64,000 bases of DNA from an uncultured Alphaproteobacteria bacterium (GTDB lineage Bacteria > Pseudomonadota > Alphaproteobacteria > RF32 > CAG-239), in assembly GCA_910587405.1 (NCBI GenBank), contig CAJUKS010000003.1, forward strand, positions 125,268 to 189,267. The letters are read 5' to 3'. A program made the translations under genes and the position numbers. This document shows, one piece after another, positions 30,926 to 41,495 of the stretch. Below the pieces are notes generated by a model that saw only the letters and a program-made list of their open reading frames with translations, was not told the DNA's origin and ran no database searches. Each line of letters starts with the position of its first letter. Position 1 is the stretch's first letter.

Positions 30926-33880
30926 ATGAGAAACACGAGACTATCGGCGGCGGTTCTGCTGCTGTCCGCCACTTTTCTGACTGCCCCGGCTGTAGGGCAG
31001 GTCTATACGCCGACTCTGGGCAACAACAGCGCTTTTACAATCAATCAAATTTCTGAAACCGATTATGACGAAACCAATCCGGAGATGTTTGTCGGTTATC
31101 GGCTGGACGGTGAGGGAAAACCGGTAAAAGATTTTTATCGTATCAATTTGCGCAGTGACAAAACCTATACGGTCGAATACAAAGACAAAGTAAATACACG
31201 AGAGGAGACCGGGGCCGAATTTACATTTGACGGCGGTGCTTTGTCGGTTGCTGACGGCGAAAATAACGGGAATATTGTCGGCGCTCTTTTTCGAAATAAC
31301 GTAACAAATGTACAATTGACCGGTACCGAGAAAAAAAATACAGTTACAGTCAGGGGCGGCGGGCTCTATAACGAAGGTGTGATTGAAAACCTGCAGGCCG
31401 ATTTTATCGGCAATAACGCGCATGCCCAAATTATTATTAAACAAGGTGACGGTCATGTCAGAGCTTATGGAGGAGCCATTTATAACAGCGGCTATATCGA
31501 AAATATAGAAGGCGACTTTATCGGCAACAAGGTTAATGCGGATTCAACTTTTTCTGGTGGCGGTAGTGCTGCAATATCGGCAGAAGGAGGTGCTGTTTAT
31601 AATGAAGGCTGGATAGACAACATTAAAGGCGATTTCATAAGTAATCAGGCCCGGTCGAGTGGGGGTGCAATTACAATTGCAAAAGAGGGATATATTGAAA
31701 AAATTGAAGCTGATTTTATCAATAACAGTACTTTCGGTTTAAACACTATAGGCGGTGCTATTTCCGTTAAAGGAGAAGTTAAAGAAATTTACGGCAATTT
31801 TATTAATAATACAACCACTGTCGACGGCGGTGCCATTGTTATTGTAAGTAACGGCAGTGATAACGGTACCGTCGGAAAGATCAGCGGCAATTTTATCGGC
31901 AACAATGTAAAAGGTTACCTTGGTTATTTACGCGGCGGCGCAATTGCCATCCGTCATGGGGACACCTCTCCGGTTATTGATGCCGACTTTATCAATAATT
32001 ATGCTGTTAATACCCGGGTGCTTTCCGGAGCCGATGCTCAGGCGCGTCCTGTTGCGACCGGCGGCGCAATAGATACGTCGGCTGATACGACCTTTGTTGC
32101 CGATAATGTCAATCATGTATTCAGCGGTAACTACACGCTGGATAAATTCGGAAAGGAATACAATGCGTTATTTGTAAATTCCAGTTTTAAACCGACCATA
32201 AGTTTCAATACCGCCCATAACGGACAATGGATTATTAATGACAGTATTAAAGGGGGACTTAACAGAGTTAGCAGTCTCAAATATGATAATCAGTACAATC
32301 TGTCATTTAGCGGAGACGGCAGCGGAACGATATGGATTAATAACGACATCATCAATGCCGACAGTATTAAGGTTGAGAACACAACCCTCCGTTTTGGCGC
32401 TTATCGGCATGATGACCAAACAGCCACCAACTGGAACGGCCACGGCCGGATTGTCAACGGTGTTAACGGGCGTGATCCGGTAACTTCGTTGTCACTGCTG
32501 AAATCAAATTTGGATTTGTTTAATCACTATCAGGATACGATTGAACTGAAAGATTATCTCGCGGCGAGCAGTTTTGTGCATTTGGACGTTGATGTGGAAA
32601 ATTTGAGTGCCGACATGCTAAAGGTTAACGGCGATGTGGCCGGTACCACCAAACTGATTCTTTATCCGAACTCCAATAAAGATATCCGCGGCCAGTCAAT
32701 TGTATTTGCAACGTCACAGAATGATACCACCGGCGATAAGTTCTCATTTGTCGTCTCGCGTGTTTATACCAGCCCGTATATGTTTGATGTTGTTTATCAT
32801 CAATTGGGGGAAGGGGAGAATCAATGGTCGTTGGTGATGAACGAAGAGGTTAATCCGGATGCGGATGAGAAACCGGATGTTCCCGAGGTTCCGGATATTC
32901 CTGTCAAGCCGACACCTGCGGTTGACTATCGCAAAGTGGCGCCGGAAGTGATTGCCTATCAGGGCTTGCCGGTAGCGGCGTTGGAACAGACCAAAGGCAT
33001 GATCGGCAACATCGGCCGCCAGGTTCAGAACGGACGCGTCAGTTGTGAGAAATGCGGCGTTAAGGATTACTACTGGAACGGCAAAGCTTATCACACTCTG
33101 TGGGCGAACGTGGTTTATCAAACTTCGGAAAACGAAGCGTTGGTTAATGTTGACGCCGACGTTTGGGGCATTGAAGCCGGCGGCGACTTGCAACATGATC
33201 TCAACAACAAGCTGGGATTGTTCGTATCTTATCGCAAAGGCAACTATGATATGAACGGTAAGGGTAAATACTATTACTCGACCGTCGGATCGGAAATCGA
33301 TATCGACAGCTATCTCGCCGGTTTGTACTACCGTTATGACCGTAACCACTGGTGGACTTTTGCCACCGTATACGGCGGCATTCAGAGAGTTGATCTGAAG
33401 ACCAAAGACGGCATCAAGTCGGATACCGACGGTACCGAGTTCGGCGGCAGCGTCGAGTTGGGTTATGACTATAACCTGTCTAAAACCCTGTACCTGACCC
33501 CGAGTGTGGGTGCCTTCTATACTCAACTCAATTACGGAGATGCGAGCGACAGCGCCGGTAAAACCGCTGAGTATGGTTTACTGCGCCAGTTGGAACTCGA
33601 AGCCGGGGTTAAACTGACGAAAGCGTTCGTAACGGACGAAGGCTATGCCAACGTTTATGTCAAACCGAGTGTTGTGCAAACCCTCAACGGCGGCGACGAA
33701 GTCAAAGTCAGCGGTCTGAGAGAAATCAACACTTTAGATGACCAGACGTTGGGCCGGATTGAACTCGGCGGCCGTTACGGCTTTACCGAACAGTTGTCGG
33801 CGTATGGCTGGGCCAACCACACCTTCGGCGACGACTATAAAGCCTCGACCTTCGGTCTCGGTTTAAGTTACAGTTGGTAG
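30926..33880 (+). CDS. Autotransporter with Pmp-type GGAI/FxxN repeats, Pro-rich linker and C-terminal beta-barrel; paralogue 2
   Basis: RBS gagga; signal peptide MRNTRLSAAVLLLSATFLTAP; many GGAIxN/FIGN repeats; barrel ~85-90% nt identical to paralogue 3. Confidence 0.8.
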   Translation: MRNTRLSAAVLLLSATFLTAPAVGQVYTPTLGNNSAFTINQISETDYDETNPEMFVGYRLDGEGKPVKDFYRINLRSDKTYTVEYKDKVNTREETGAEFTFDGGALSVADGENNGNIVGALFRNNVTNVQLTGTEKKNTVTVRGGGLYNEGVIENLQADFIGNNAHAQIIIKQGDGHVRAYGGAIYNSGYIENIEGDFIGNKVNADSTFSGGGSAAISAEGGAVYNEGWIDNIKGDFISNQARSSGGAITIAKEGYIEKIEADFINNSTFGLNTIGGAISVKGEVKEIYGNFINNTTTVDGGAIVIVSNGSDNGTVGKISGNFIGNNVKGYLGYLRGGAIAIRHGDTSPVIDADFINNYAVNTRVLSGADAQARPVATGGAIDTSADTTFVADNVNHVFSGNYTLDKFGKEYNALFVNSSFKPTISFNTAHNGQWIINDSIKGGLNRVSSLKYDNQYNLSFSGDGSGTIWINNDIINADSIKVENTTLRFGAYRHDDQTATNWNGHGRIVNGVNGRDPVTSLSLLKSNLDLFNHYQDTIELKDYLAASSFVHLDVDVENLSADMLKVNGDVAGTTKLILYPNSNKDIRGQSIVFATSQNDTTGDKFSFVVSRVYTSPYMFDVVYHQLGEGENQWSLVMNEEVNPDADEKPDVPEVPDIPVKPTPAVDYRKVAPEVIAYQGLPVAALEQTKGMIGNIGRQVQNGRVSCEKCGVKDYYWNGKAYHTLWANVVYQTSENEALVNVDADVWGIEAGGDLQHDLNNKLGLFVSYRKGNYDMNGKGKYYYSTVGSEIDIDSYLAGLYYRYDRNHWWTFATVYGGIQRVDLKTKDGIKSDTDGTEFGGSVELGYDYNLSKTLYLTPSVGAFYTQLNYGDASDSAGKTAEYGLLRQLELEAGVKLTKAFVTDEGYANVYVKPSVVQTLNGGDEVKVSGLREINTLDDQTLGRIELGGRYGFTEQLSAYGWANHTFGDDYKASTFGLGLSYSW

Positions 33881-33901
33881 ATCTTTCCAAGCATACAAAA
33901 A

Positions 33902-33934
33902 GAATACCCCCGGTTTTTGGGGGTGTTCTTTTTG
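33902..33934. terminator. Bidirectional hairpin terminator gaataccccc/gggggtgttc + T-run
   Basis: Between convergent autotransporter and GT2 genes. Confidence 0.5.
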
Positions 33935-33942
33935 TAAGAAGT

Positions 33943-35961
33943 TTAAGGTTTGCGGGAACGCATCATTTTATATATCTGATAAATATACCAGGGAAACAGG
34001 AAATATGATTTGACAAAGTGTCCGCCGTTTAGAAGCAAACGTCCGCTGCGGCTGTGGTTGAACGAATTCAGAAGCTGCTTTAGAAAATGGCGGAGATAGC
34101 CGCAATTGACGACCTGTTTCATATTTTCGTAAGTTTTCGGGTCGAGTTGGATATGGTTCCGGAAGATCTTTTTTTGTTTTTTGAGTTGATGCCGCAAACT
34201 GTTATAGCAAAAACGGTTTTTGAAAACCGGATAATTTTGGAAAAGGGCGGCAACATGCTTCAAATAGCGCGCTGCAAGGACAGTTTTAAGTTCCTGATTG
34301 TTTTGTTTTTGATACAAGTTCCAGATGCCGTCGAGCAAACCGAAAACATTGCCGATCGTTTGCGGCAACCGGTTGCTGATTGCCGGTATAACAGGAGGAC
34401 GGCGATGATTGTAGAGCTGTTCTTTCAAAATGCCGCAGCGGTTGCTTGCGGGCAGAGATTGCAGATGGAAAAGTTCGTCTTCTCCTTGTTTGAGTTGTTG
34501 GTCAAAAGCAAGTTGTTGTTGTTCCAAAAAGCGCCGCCGATAAGCTTTGTTGCAAATTTCAACCGGCAGGGAAGTAAGGAAAGCAGGCGCTTCGTTTCCG
34601 TTATGAATGGAAAAAAACGGTAATTCCGTCGGAAAATTGTCATCAGGGGTGTCAAAGCTTGCAGCTGCCGGATTGTATAAACGTTGCCGAAAAGCCAGCA
34701 CGTCGAGCCGATGCCGCTGCATATAGAGGAAAACTTTTTCGACGGTGCGCGGTTCCGTCCAGTCGTTCGAATCGACAAACATGACATACTTGCCGCGGGC
34801 AAGGTCAAGTCCGGTGTTGCGGGCGGCGGAAAGACCGTCGCCGTTCTGCTCGGCAATACGGATTCGGGGACTGCGAGCAGCGTATTGTTGCAGAACTTGA
34901 AGATTGTCATCGGTTGAATCGTCACGGATGCAGATGATTTCAAAAATATCGGCAGTTTGGGCGAGCAGACTGTCCAGACAATCGTGCAGCCAAGAAACGT
35001 TATTATGAACCGGTACAATCACCGAAAGCGGAATTTCGGCTTCCGTCAGGTTGGAAATATTTTCCCGAAATTGTTCGGAAATGCCGGGAATGGTAAAATA
35101 GGACTTCATTTTTTGCCGGGCTTCTTTGTAATGGTCGGCGCCGCTTTTGAGCAGGGCTGCCGTCAGATTTTGGTTGAATACGTTTTCCAGCTGCGGCAGA
35201 TGTTGCGGCAGCCGATTGAAACGTTGCAGTTCGCGGGTTATGAGAACGTTGATGTCGATAATGTCAAGCGGTCGGGGTGAGTTTCTTTCGGTACCGGTAA
35301 TAGAGTGGGAATGAATACGGTAATTGTATAATTTGTCGGGCAGGTAAAAATAGCTTTGGCAATGAATGCCGTAAGCCCAGGCCCAGTATTCGTCTTCGTG
35401 GATCAGCCGTTGCTCGGGAAAGGAGAGGTTAAATTGTTTGATGATGCTGTTTTTGTGCAGTTTGCCGTTGACAACCACATGAATCTTTAACGGATTGTCG
35501 GCCAGCGGGCGGCATCCTTGCGGCGTTTTTTCGGTTTGATCAAAATACGCTTGTTTGTTTTTAGTTTCCTTTTGGTCGGCTTCGGTTTCGGGAAAGGGAA
35601 GAAAATCGGCGCAGGTTAAATCGGCGCCGGTGCGGCGGGCAGTGTCGAACAGTTTTTCCAAGGTGTCGGGCTCGATATAATCGTCAGAATCGATGAAAAA
35701 GATATATTCGGCCGTTGCTTGGGCGAGTCCGGCATTGCGGGCGGCAGAGAGGCCGCGGTTGGGCTGGCTGATGATGCGGATGCGGGAATCCAAAGCGGCA
35801 TATTGTTCCAAAATCTGCGGGCTGTCATCGGTTGAACCGTCGTTGATACAGATCATCTCGAAATTGCTGAAGCTTTGGCCGATGATGCTGTCCAGACATT
35901 GACGGAGATAATTTTGTACATTGTACACGGGGACAATAACGGAAATTTTCGGTGTGTGCAT
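33943..35961 (-). CDS. Tandem two-domain family 2 glycosyltransferase
   Basis: Two GT-A modules, each with VIVPVxN...DGSTDD...DSDD motifs (residues ~1-110 and ~320-420). Confidence 0.8.
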   Translation of the reverse strand: MHTPKISVIVPVYNVQNYLRQCLDSIIGQSFSNFEMICINDGSTDDSPQILEQYAALDSRIRIISQPNRGLSAARNAGLAQATAEYIFFIDSDDYIEPDTLEKLFDTARRTGADLTCADFLPFPETEADQKETKNKQAYFDQTEKTPQGCRPLADNPLKIHVVVNGKLHKNSIIKQFNLSFPEQRLIHEDEYWAWAYGIHCQSYFYLPDKLYNYRIHSHSITGTERNSPRPLDIIDINVLITRELQRFNRLPQHLPQLENVFNQNLTAALLKSGADHYKEARQKMKSYFTIPGISEQFRENISNLTEAEIPLSVIVPVHNNVSWLHDCLDSLLAQTADIFEIICIRDDSTDDNLQVLQQYAARSPRIRIAEQNGDGLSAARNTGLDLARGKYVMFVDSNDWTEPRTVEKVFLYMQRHRLDVLAFRQRLYNPAAASFDTPDDNFPTELPFFSIHNGNEAPAFLTSLPVEICNKAYRRRFLEQQQLAFDQQLKQGEDELFHLQSLPASNRCGILKEQLYNHRRPPVIPAISNRLPQTIGNVFGLLDGIWNLYQKQNNQELKTVLAARYLKHVAALFQNYPVFKNRFCYNSLRHQLKKQKKIFRNHIQLDPKTYENMKQVVNCGYLRHFLKQLLNSFNHSRSGRLLLNGGHFVKSYFLFPWYIYQIYKMMRSRKP

Positions 35962-36143
35962 AGTCGGGTCCTCAAAAAGAAGTGAAGCAAAATAATGACC
36001 GTTTTTTTTCTAACTAAAAGTTATAATCAAATATGTGCATTGTCAATTACTTAGTGGTTAGAAAAGATGCCGCAAAAAAACGGTGGTTAAATTTCATCAC
36101 TTTTTGCTGATTTAATATTTTTCGGACATTTTATGCGGTTGAG

Positions 36144-36173
36144 CTTGATTTTTGTTTTTCCCCCTTCTTATAT
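36144..36173 (+). promoter_or_regulatory. Possible RpoH (sigma32)-type heat-shock promoter CTTGAT...CCCC-CTTATAT upstream of clpB
   Basis: CTTG and C-rich CTTATAT -10 resemble alphaproteobacterial sigma32 consensus, spacer ~19 nt (longer than ideal). Confidence 0.25.
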
Positions 36174-36191
36174 TTAAAAATAAGGAGAGAA

Positions 36192-38774
36192 ATGATGAAT
36201 ATGGAAAAATTTACCACCCGGTCTCAAGAGTTGATCAAGAATGCGGTTGACCTTGCGGTGAGCCGGCGCCGCCAGTATGTTACGCCGCTCTATTTGTTGG
36301 CGGCGATGTTGGAAAGCCGCGACAATGTTATTGACAGCCTGATTGAAAAATCCGGCGGCAATTTAGAGGTGATCCGGCGTGAAGTTAACAATGAGCTGGA
36401 CAAGATCCCGGAAATTTCGGGTGCGGCGGTGCAAACCGTGATGTCGCAAGATTTCAGCGCTTTGTTGCTGGATGCCGAAAAAATTGCCGCTCAGGCCAAC
36501 GACAAATTTGTGACCGCGGAACGCCTGTTGCAAACGATGGCGACGATGGCCGGCAATCAGGCTCATGATATTTTGCAACATAACGGCGTTGACGCGGTTA
36601 AGCTTAACCGCGCGATCAGCGAATATCGCCAGGGAAGGCTCGCAGACAGCGAATCGGCCGAAGACAATTTTGAAGCTTTGAAGAAATACGCGATTGACAT
36701 TACCGGCAAAGCCAAAGAAGGCAAACTTGATCCGGTGATCGGACGGGAACATGAAATCCGCCGTACCATTCAGGTTTTGTCGCGACGAACCAAAAACAAT
36801 CCGGTACTGATCGGCGAACCGGGAGTCGGCAAAACGGCAATCGTCGAAGGCTTGGCAATGCGGATTGTCAACAACGATGTTCCCGAGAGTTTGCGCGGCA
36901 AGCGGCTGCTGGCGCTTGACATGGGCGCTCTGATTGCCGGCGCCAAATTTCGCGGCGAGTTTGAAGAACGTTTGAAAGCGGTGTTGAAAGACGTGGAGGC
37001 CTCTAACGGCGGCATTATTTTGTTTATTGACGAAATGCATACGATTGTCGGTGCCGGGGCGTCGGAAGGGTCGATGGACGCTTCCAATCTTTTAAAACCG
37101 GCGTTGGCTCGCGGTGAGCTTCATTGTTTGGGCGCCACCACGCTTTCCGAATATAAGAAATACGTTGAAAAGGATGCGGCGTTGGCACGGCGTTTTCAGC
37201 CGGTGTTTGTAACTGAGCCGACGGTTGAAGAAACAATTTCGATTCTGCGCGGGATCAAGGAAAAATTTGAACTGCATCACGGCGTGCGGATTTCCGATTC
37301 GGCCCTGATTGCCGCTTCTACCTTGTCCAACCGTTATATTACCGATCGGTTTTTGCCTGACAAGGCGATAGATCTGATGGATGAGGCCGCCAGCTCGCTC
37401 AGGATGGCAATCGACTCCAAACCGGAAGAGTTGGATAATCTTGACCGGCGGATTATGCAATTGAAAATTGAACGCGAAGCCTTGAAAAAAGAACATGACG
37501 AGCAGTCGAAAAAAAGGTTGGAAGAAATTGAAAAAGAGACCGCCGACTTGGAGGAAAAGGCCCGGAGTTTGAATGACAAATGGAAGGCCGAAAAACAGAG
37601 CCTGGCCGATTTGACCGATGTCAAAGACAAGTTGGACAAGGCAAAAATCGAAGCGGCGATCGCGCAGCGCAACGGTCAGTTTGAAAAGGCCGGAGAACTT
37701 CAATACGGCGTTATTCCGGATTTGGAAAAGAAAATGCAGGCGCTGGAAGATTTGGCCAAGGAAAGAAAAGGCCGGGCGGAAAAAGTGGTTACGGACGAGT
37801 CTATTGCCGAAGTGGTGTCGAAATGGACCGGGGTTCCGGTTGACAAGATGCTGGAGGGCGAAAAAGAAAAACTGTTGCGGATGGAAGATTATCTGGGCCA
37901 ACGAGTGGTCGGACAAAAAGACGCGATTCGTGCAGTTGCCAACGCCGTACGCCGTTCACGCGCCGGAATCGGCGATCATCGACAGCCGATCGGTTCGTTT
38001 CTGTTTCTGGGCCCGACCGGGGTCGGAAAAACCGAATTGAGCAAGGCGCTGGCGGAATTTTTGTTTAATGACGAGACGGCCCTGTTGCGGGTAGACATGT
38101 CCGAGTATATGGAAAAACATGCGGTTGCGCGTCTGATCGGTTCGCCTCCGGGATATGTCGGTTATGAAGAAGGCGGCGTTTTGACCGAGGCTGTGCGCCG
38201 GCGCCCCTATCAGGTGATTTTGTTTGACGAGGTAGAAAAGGCGCATCCGGATATCTTTAACGTGCTGTTGCAGGTTTTGGACGACGGACGGCTGACCGAC
38301 GGCAAAGGTCGTACGGTTGATTTTAAAAACACGATTATTATCATGACTTCCAACCTGGGGTCGGAAATTCTGGCACGCGCCGATGACAAGAGCGATTCGA
38401 AAGCGGTGAACGATGCGGTGATGGAGGTTGTGAAGGCGTCGTTCCGGCCCGAGTTTATTAACCGTATTGACGAGATCAGCATTTTTCAGCGGTTGAGCAA
38501 GGAAGATATCAAAGAAATTACCAAAATTCAGCTTGCCAACATCGAAAAACGGTTGGCGGAACGGAATATCAAACTGCATATCAGCGATGCCGCGGTCAAG
38601 TGGATTGCCGACAACGGTTATGATGAAGTTTACGGTGCGCGGCCCTTAAAACGCTTGCTTAAAAACCAAATTGAGAATAAACTCGCTTTTGCAATTTTGG
38701 ACGGGCGAATCGGCGAAAACGATACCGCGGAAATTGTGGTTAAGGATAATCAGTTAGAGATCGAAAAATCGTGA
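36192..38774 (+). CDS. clpB: ATP-dependent chaperone ClpB
   Basis: 860 aa; two AAA+ modules with Walker A GEPGVGKT / GPTGVGKT and middle coiled-coil. Confidence 0.95.
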   Translation: MMNMEKFTTRSQELIKNAVDLAVSRRRQYVTPLYLLAAMLESRDNVIDSLIEKSGGNLEVIRREVNNELDKIPEISGAAVQTVMSQDFSALLLDAEKIAAQANDKFVTAERLLQTMATMAGNQAHDILQHNGVDAVKLNRAISEYRQGRLADSESAEDNFEALKKYAIDITGKAKEGKLDPVIGREHEIRRTIQVLSRRTKNNPVLIGEPGVGKTAIVEGLAMRIVNNDVPESLRGKRLLALDMGALIAGAKFRGEFEERLKAVLKDVEASNGGIILFIDEMHTIVGAGASEGSMDASNLLKPALARGELHCLGATTLSEYKKYVEKDAALARRFQPVFVTEPTVEETISILRGIKEKFELHHGVRISDSALIAASTLSNRYITDRFLPDKAIDLMDEAASSLRMAIDSKPEELDNLDRRIMQLKIEREALKKEHDEQSKKRLEEIEKETADLEEKARSLNDKWKAEKQSLADLTDVKDKLDKAKIEAAIAQRNGQFEKAGELQYGVIPDLEKKMQALEDLAKERKGRAEKVVTDESIAEVVSKWTGVPVDKMLEGEKEKLLRMEDYLGQRVVGQKDAIRAVANAVRRSRAGIGDHRQPIGSFLFLGPTGVGKTELSKALAEFLFNDETALLRVDMSEYMEKHAVARLIGSPPGYVGYEEGGVLTEAVRRRPYQVILFDEVEKAHPDIFNVLLQVLDDGRLTDGKGRTVDFKNTIIIMTSNLGSEILARADDKSDSKAVNDAVMEVVKASFRPEFINRIDEISIFQRLSKEDIKEITKIQLANIEKRLAERNIKLHISDAAVKWIADNGYDEVYGARPLKRLLKNQIENKLAFAILDGRIGENDTAEIVVKDNQLEIEKS

Positions 38775-39256
38775 TAGACAATAAATTTTTCAGGGTGGCG
38801 GTGGAGACGGCCGGCACCGAAGACGTGCGCAGCGCACCGGATACGGTGGTATTGTATTCGGTCAGTTATCAGCCGACGACCGCGAATAAAGACAAAGCGT
38901 TTGCTTTTATGAAAGATCATCCGCAAATGGTGATGATTGATGATACCGTTTGCGGAAAACGACTGATTGAGTTGGGTTTGGAATGGAGCACGCTTGATAA
39001 TGACCATGACCGGCAAAAAGCGGCGGAGATCTGGCGGCTGGCTTCCAGGCGTTTCATTGACGGTGCTTCCGGCAACGTGACCGCATTTGTGGACGGTGCC
39101 GATCCGCGCAGTGTTTTCTTGAGTGAAGAACTGCCGGCACTGCTGGCCAATCCGAAGATTTTAACCATCAACGGCATAGACAAGCATTTGTTTGCCGCGC
39201 GGTTTGACAGGTCGGAAAAAGAAACTGAAGCCCTACTGAAAACGGCAGATTTTTAG
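38771..39256 (+). CDS. Conserved hypothetical protein (161 aa), GTG start overlapping clpB stop
   Basis: Translationally coupled (GTGA overlap); no recognisable domain. Confidence 0.45.
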   Translation: MIDNKFFRVAVETAGTEDVRSAPDTVVLYSVSYQPTTANKDKAFAFMKDHPQMVMIDDTVCGKRLIELGLEWSTLDNDHDRQKAAEIWRLASRRFIDGASGNVTAFVDGADPRSVFLSEELPALLANPKILTINGIDKHLFAARFDRSEKETEALLKTADF

Positions 39257-39282
39257 ACGAGTGGTCCGATTGTTTTTATAAC

Positions 39283-39313
39283 AAACCCCCGGTTTGACCG
39301 GGGGTTCCTTTTG
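39283..39313. terminator. Bidirectional hairpin terminator aacccccgg/ccgggggtt
   Basis: Perfect 9-bp stem between convergent genes. Confidence 0.5.
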
Positions 39314-39326
39314 TGCTTTATAAAAA

Positions 39327-40808
39327 TTAGTTTGCCTGAACGATTTTGCTCTGTGCGGTGTTGTCTGCCAACTGCTCGTTCTTCTTTTCGAGCGCTTTGG
39401 CAAACATTTGCTGGCGCGTTTCTTGGATTTGGGCAACCTGAACCTTGAATTGTTTGAGATTTTTGCCGCTCAGGTTTTCGGATGCGGAAGCGGTAACCGT
39501 CAGCGGATTGACTCTTTTGCCGTTGCGTACCACTTCGTAATGCAAATGCGGTCCGGTCGAACGGCCGGTGGAACCGACATATCCGATCAGTTGTCCCTGT
39601 TTGACGCGGACGCCGGGCCGAATTCCTTTGGCAAATTTCTGCATGTGACCGTATGCGGTGGAATATTCCGAATTGTGGCGAATTTTAATGTAATTGCCGT
39701 AGCCGCCGTTATACTTGGCCACCTGAACGACGCCGTCTCCGGCCGCATAGACCAGTGAGTTGCGCGGCGCCGCGTAATCAACGCCCCAATGAACCCGGTA
39801 GTCTTTGTAGATCGGATGGCGGCGGCGTCCGAACGGGGAAGAAATGCGTGCGTTTTGATAAGACATCGGTTTGCGGCTGAGCGTTTTTTTCATCGCAAAG
39901 CCTTTGGCGTCATAGTAATCGCTGTTGCCGGCGGCATCTTTAAAGCGATAAAGCGAAATTTTGTTTTTGCCGAGCGTCAGCGAAGCATATAAAATATTGC
40001 CGTTTTTGACGACTTCTCCGCCAGGTGTGATGTAATTTTGATAAATGATTTCAAACCGGTCGCCTTTTTTGATGTCACGGCGAAAATCGACGCTGTAGGA
40101 AAAGATGCTGATGAAGTTGGCCACGATGCGAGAGGGAACTTTTTGACGGTTCATCGAAACGGAAAGACTGCCGTCAACAATACCGGAAGCCGAGTTGACC
40201 TCTTCGATCAGTTCGTCTTTTTGCAGTTCGGCCTTGTATTTGCCGTTTTGGTCTTTTTCGATGACGATCCGTTCGCCGGTACGGATTTGCGAGGTAAGGG
40301 CATTAAGCGAAATCAGTTTGTTTTCGGGCAGGTTCCACAACAGACTGACCTGCAGTTTTTGTCCGGCCTTGATGTTGCGCGGATCGTAAACTTTTTTGGC
40401 GGCCAGATAAAGCTCGTTGGCTTCCTGATATTCCATTCCGAGGTCTGTCAGCAGATTGAGCAGGGTGTCTCCCGGTTTGACCGTGAGGGTATTTTCGCGG
40501 GTTTCTTCAACCGGTTCCGGTTCGGTAACCTCGGCTTCGGCGATGAAATCGTTGTCCGGTTCGCTGAATTCTTCGTTATAAATTTCGTTTTCAATCGCCT
40601 CTATCGGGGCGGAAGGTGCGAACGACGCATTGACTTCGGTATTGTGCATAACCAAAATAATGCCGAACAGGGCAATTGCGAAAGTGGTGCAAAAGGTCAT
40701 CCAGCACCGCTTGTTGGCAATGGTTGTTGCAATCTGTTTTTTGATCCAGTCTTTATGCAAAATAAAAAATCCTTTTTGTGTCGTCGTCGTAATTTTCCAG
40801 TGCGACAC
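39327..40808 (-). CDS. M23 family metallopeptidase with N-terminal TM segment and OapA/LysM-like domain
   Basis: C-terminal HxGxD...HLHYE M23 motifs. Confidence 0.8.
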   Translation of the reverse strand: MSHWKITTTTQKGFFILHKDWIKKQIATTIANKRCWMTFCTTFAIALFGIILVMHNTEVNASFAPSAPIEAIENEIYNEEFSEPDNDFIAEAEVTEPEPVEETRENTLTVKPGDTLLNLLTDLGMEYQEANELYLAAKKVYDPRNIKAGQKLQVSLLWNLPENKLISLNALTSQIRTGERIVIEKDQNGKYKAELQKDELIEEVNSASGIVDGSLSVSMNRQKVPSRIVANFISIFSYSVDFRRDIKKGDRFEIIYQNYITPGGEVVKNGNILYASLTLGKNKISLYRFKDAAGNSDYYDAKGFAMKKTLSRKPMSYQNARISSPFGRRRHPIYKDYRVHWGVDYAAPRNSLVYAAGDGVVQVAKYNGGYGNYIKIRHNSEYSTAYGHMQKFAKGIRPGVRVKQGQLIGYVGSTGRSTGPHLHYEVVRNGKRVNPLTVTASASENLSGKNLKQFKVQVAQIQETRQQMFAKALEKKNEQLADNTAQSKIVQAN

Positions 40809-40894
40809 TGTAGCATACGGGTAAAAAAATACCAGTGAAAAATTACCTTAATGTTAATTATGTCATTTTTTTTGATAAATCATAAAAAAAATAC

Positions 40895-40923
40895 TTGCAA
40901 TAAAAAAAAATGTTAGGTATAAG
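40895..40923 (+). promoter_or_regulatory. Sigma70-like promoter TTGCAA-N17-TATAAG for tRNA-Asp
   Basis: Hexamers and spacing close to consensus; tRNA begins ~18 bp downstream. Confidence 0.35.
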
Positions 40924-40940
40924 AGGAAACGAACTCGAAT

Positions 40941-41017
40941 GGGGGTGTAGCTCAGCTGGTTAGAGCGCCTGCCTGTCACGCAGGAGGTCGCGGGTTCGAG
41001 TCCCGTCACTCCCGCCA
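40941..41017 (+). tRNA. tRNA-Asp (anticodon GTC)
   Basis: Cloverleaf: acceptor GGGGGTG/CACTCCC, D-arm GCTCAGCTGGTTAGAGC, anticodon loop CTGTCAC, T-arm GCGGGTTCGAGTCCCGT, CCA encoded. Confidence 0.9.
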
Positions 41018-41055
41018 TTAAAAAGCCGTCCGCAAGGACGGTTTTTTTGTGGCTT
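40998..41055. repeat. Direct repeat copy 1 (58 bp): 3' end of tRNA-Asp plus its terminator
   Basis: Identical to 41254-41311. Confidence 0.8.
41021..41050 (+). terminator. Rho-independent terminator ccgtcc-gcaa-ggacgg + T7 after tRNA-Asp
   Basis: Perfect hairpin and TTTTTTT. Confidence 0.6.
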
Positions 41056-41253
41056 CAGGTGTGCGCACTCGAATCCGCGACCTGGTCGCGGGCTCGAGGA
41101 TAAAAACAGCCGCTGCTCCGGCTGTTTTTACCGCAAGAGGCGTAGTTTTGTCGGCTTTTTGAGGCGGCAAAACGCCGCTAAAAAGCATACAAAACAAGTG
41201 ACCGCAACGAAGTTATCGAACTTATGCAATAAGTGAGATTTACGCAGTAAGAC

Positions 41254-41311
41254 GAGTCCCGTCACTCCCGCCATTAAAAAGCCGTCCGCAAGGACGGTTT
41301 TTTTGTGGCTT
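41254..41311. repeat. Direct repeat copy 2 (58 bp): duplicated tRNA-Asp 3' end plus terminator (att-like)
   Basis: Perfect copy 256 bp downstream of copy 1; the spacer contains an inverted tRNA T-arm-like palindrome (41064-41100) and another hairpin (41103-41135). Confidence 0.8.
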
Positions 41312-41495
41312 GGTATGGGCGCACAATTAAAACACATCCGGGACGTTCTAACAATTACTGAAGCTGCTTTTGCATTTTTTGTTTTTTTTCGGTTAACCTT
41401 ACGGACAAAAAAAACTTCCGGAAGATCGGGTAAAACATTTGACCTTTTGTCTAAAATGTGTCATACTAATTACATATTTTATTAAAATAGTAATT

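Noticed and set aside
41128-41337. 69-aa minus-strand ORF across the tRNA-Asp repeat spacer
   Set aside because: Spans the duplicated tRNA 3' end and hairpins; no RBS; most likely non-coding.
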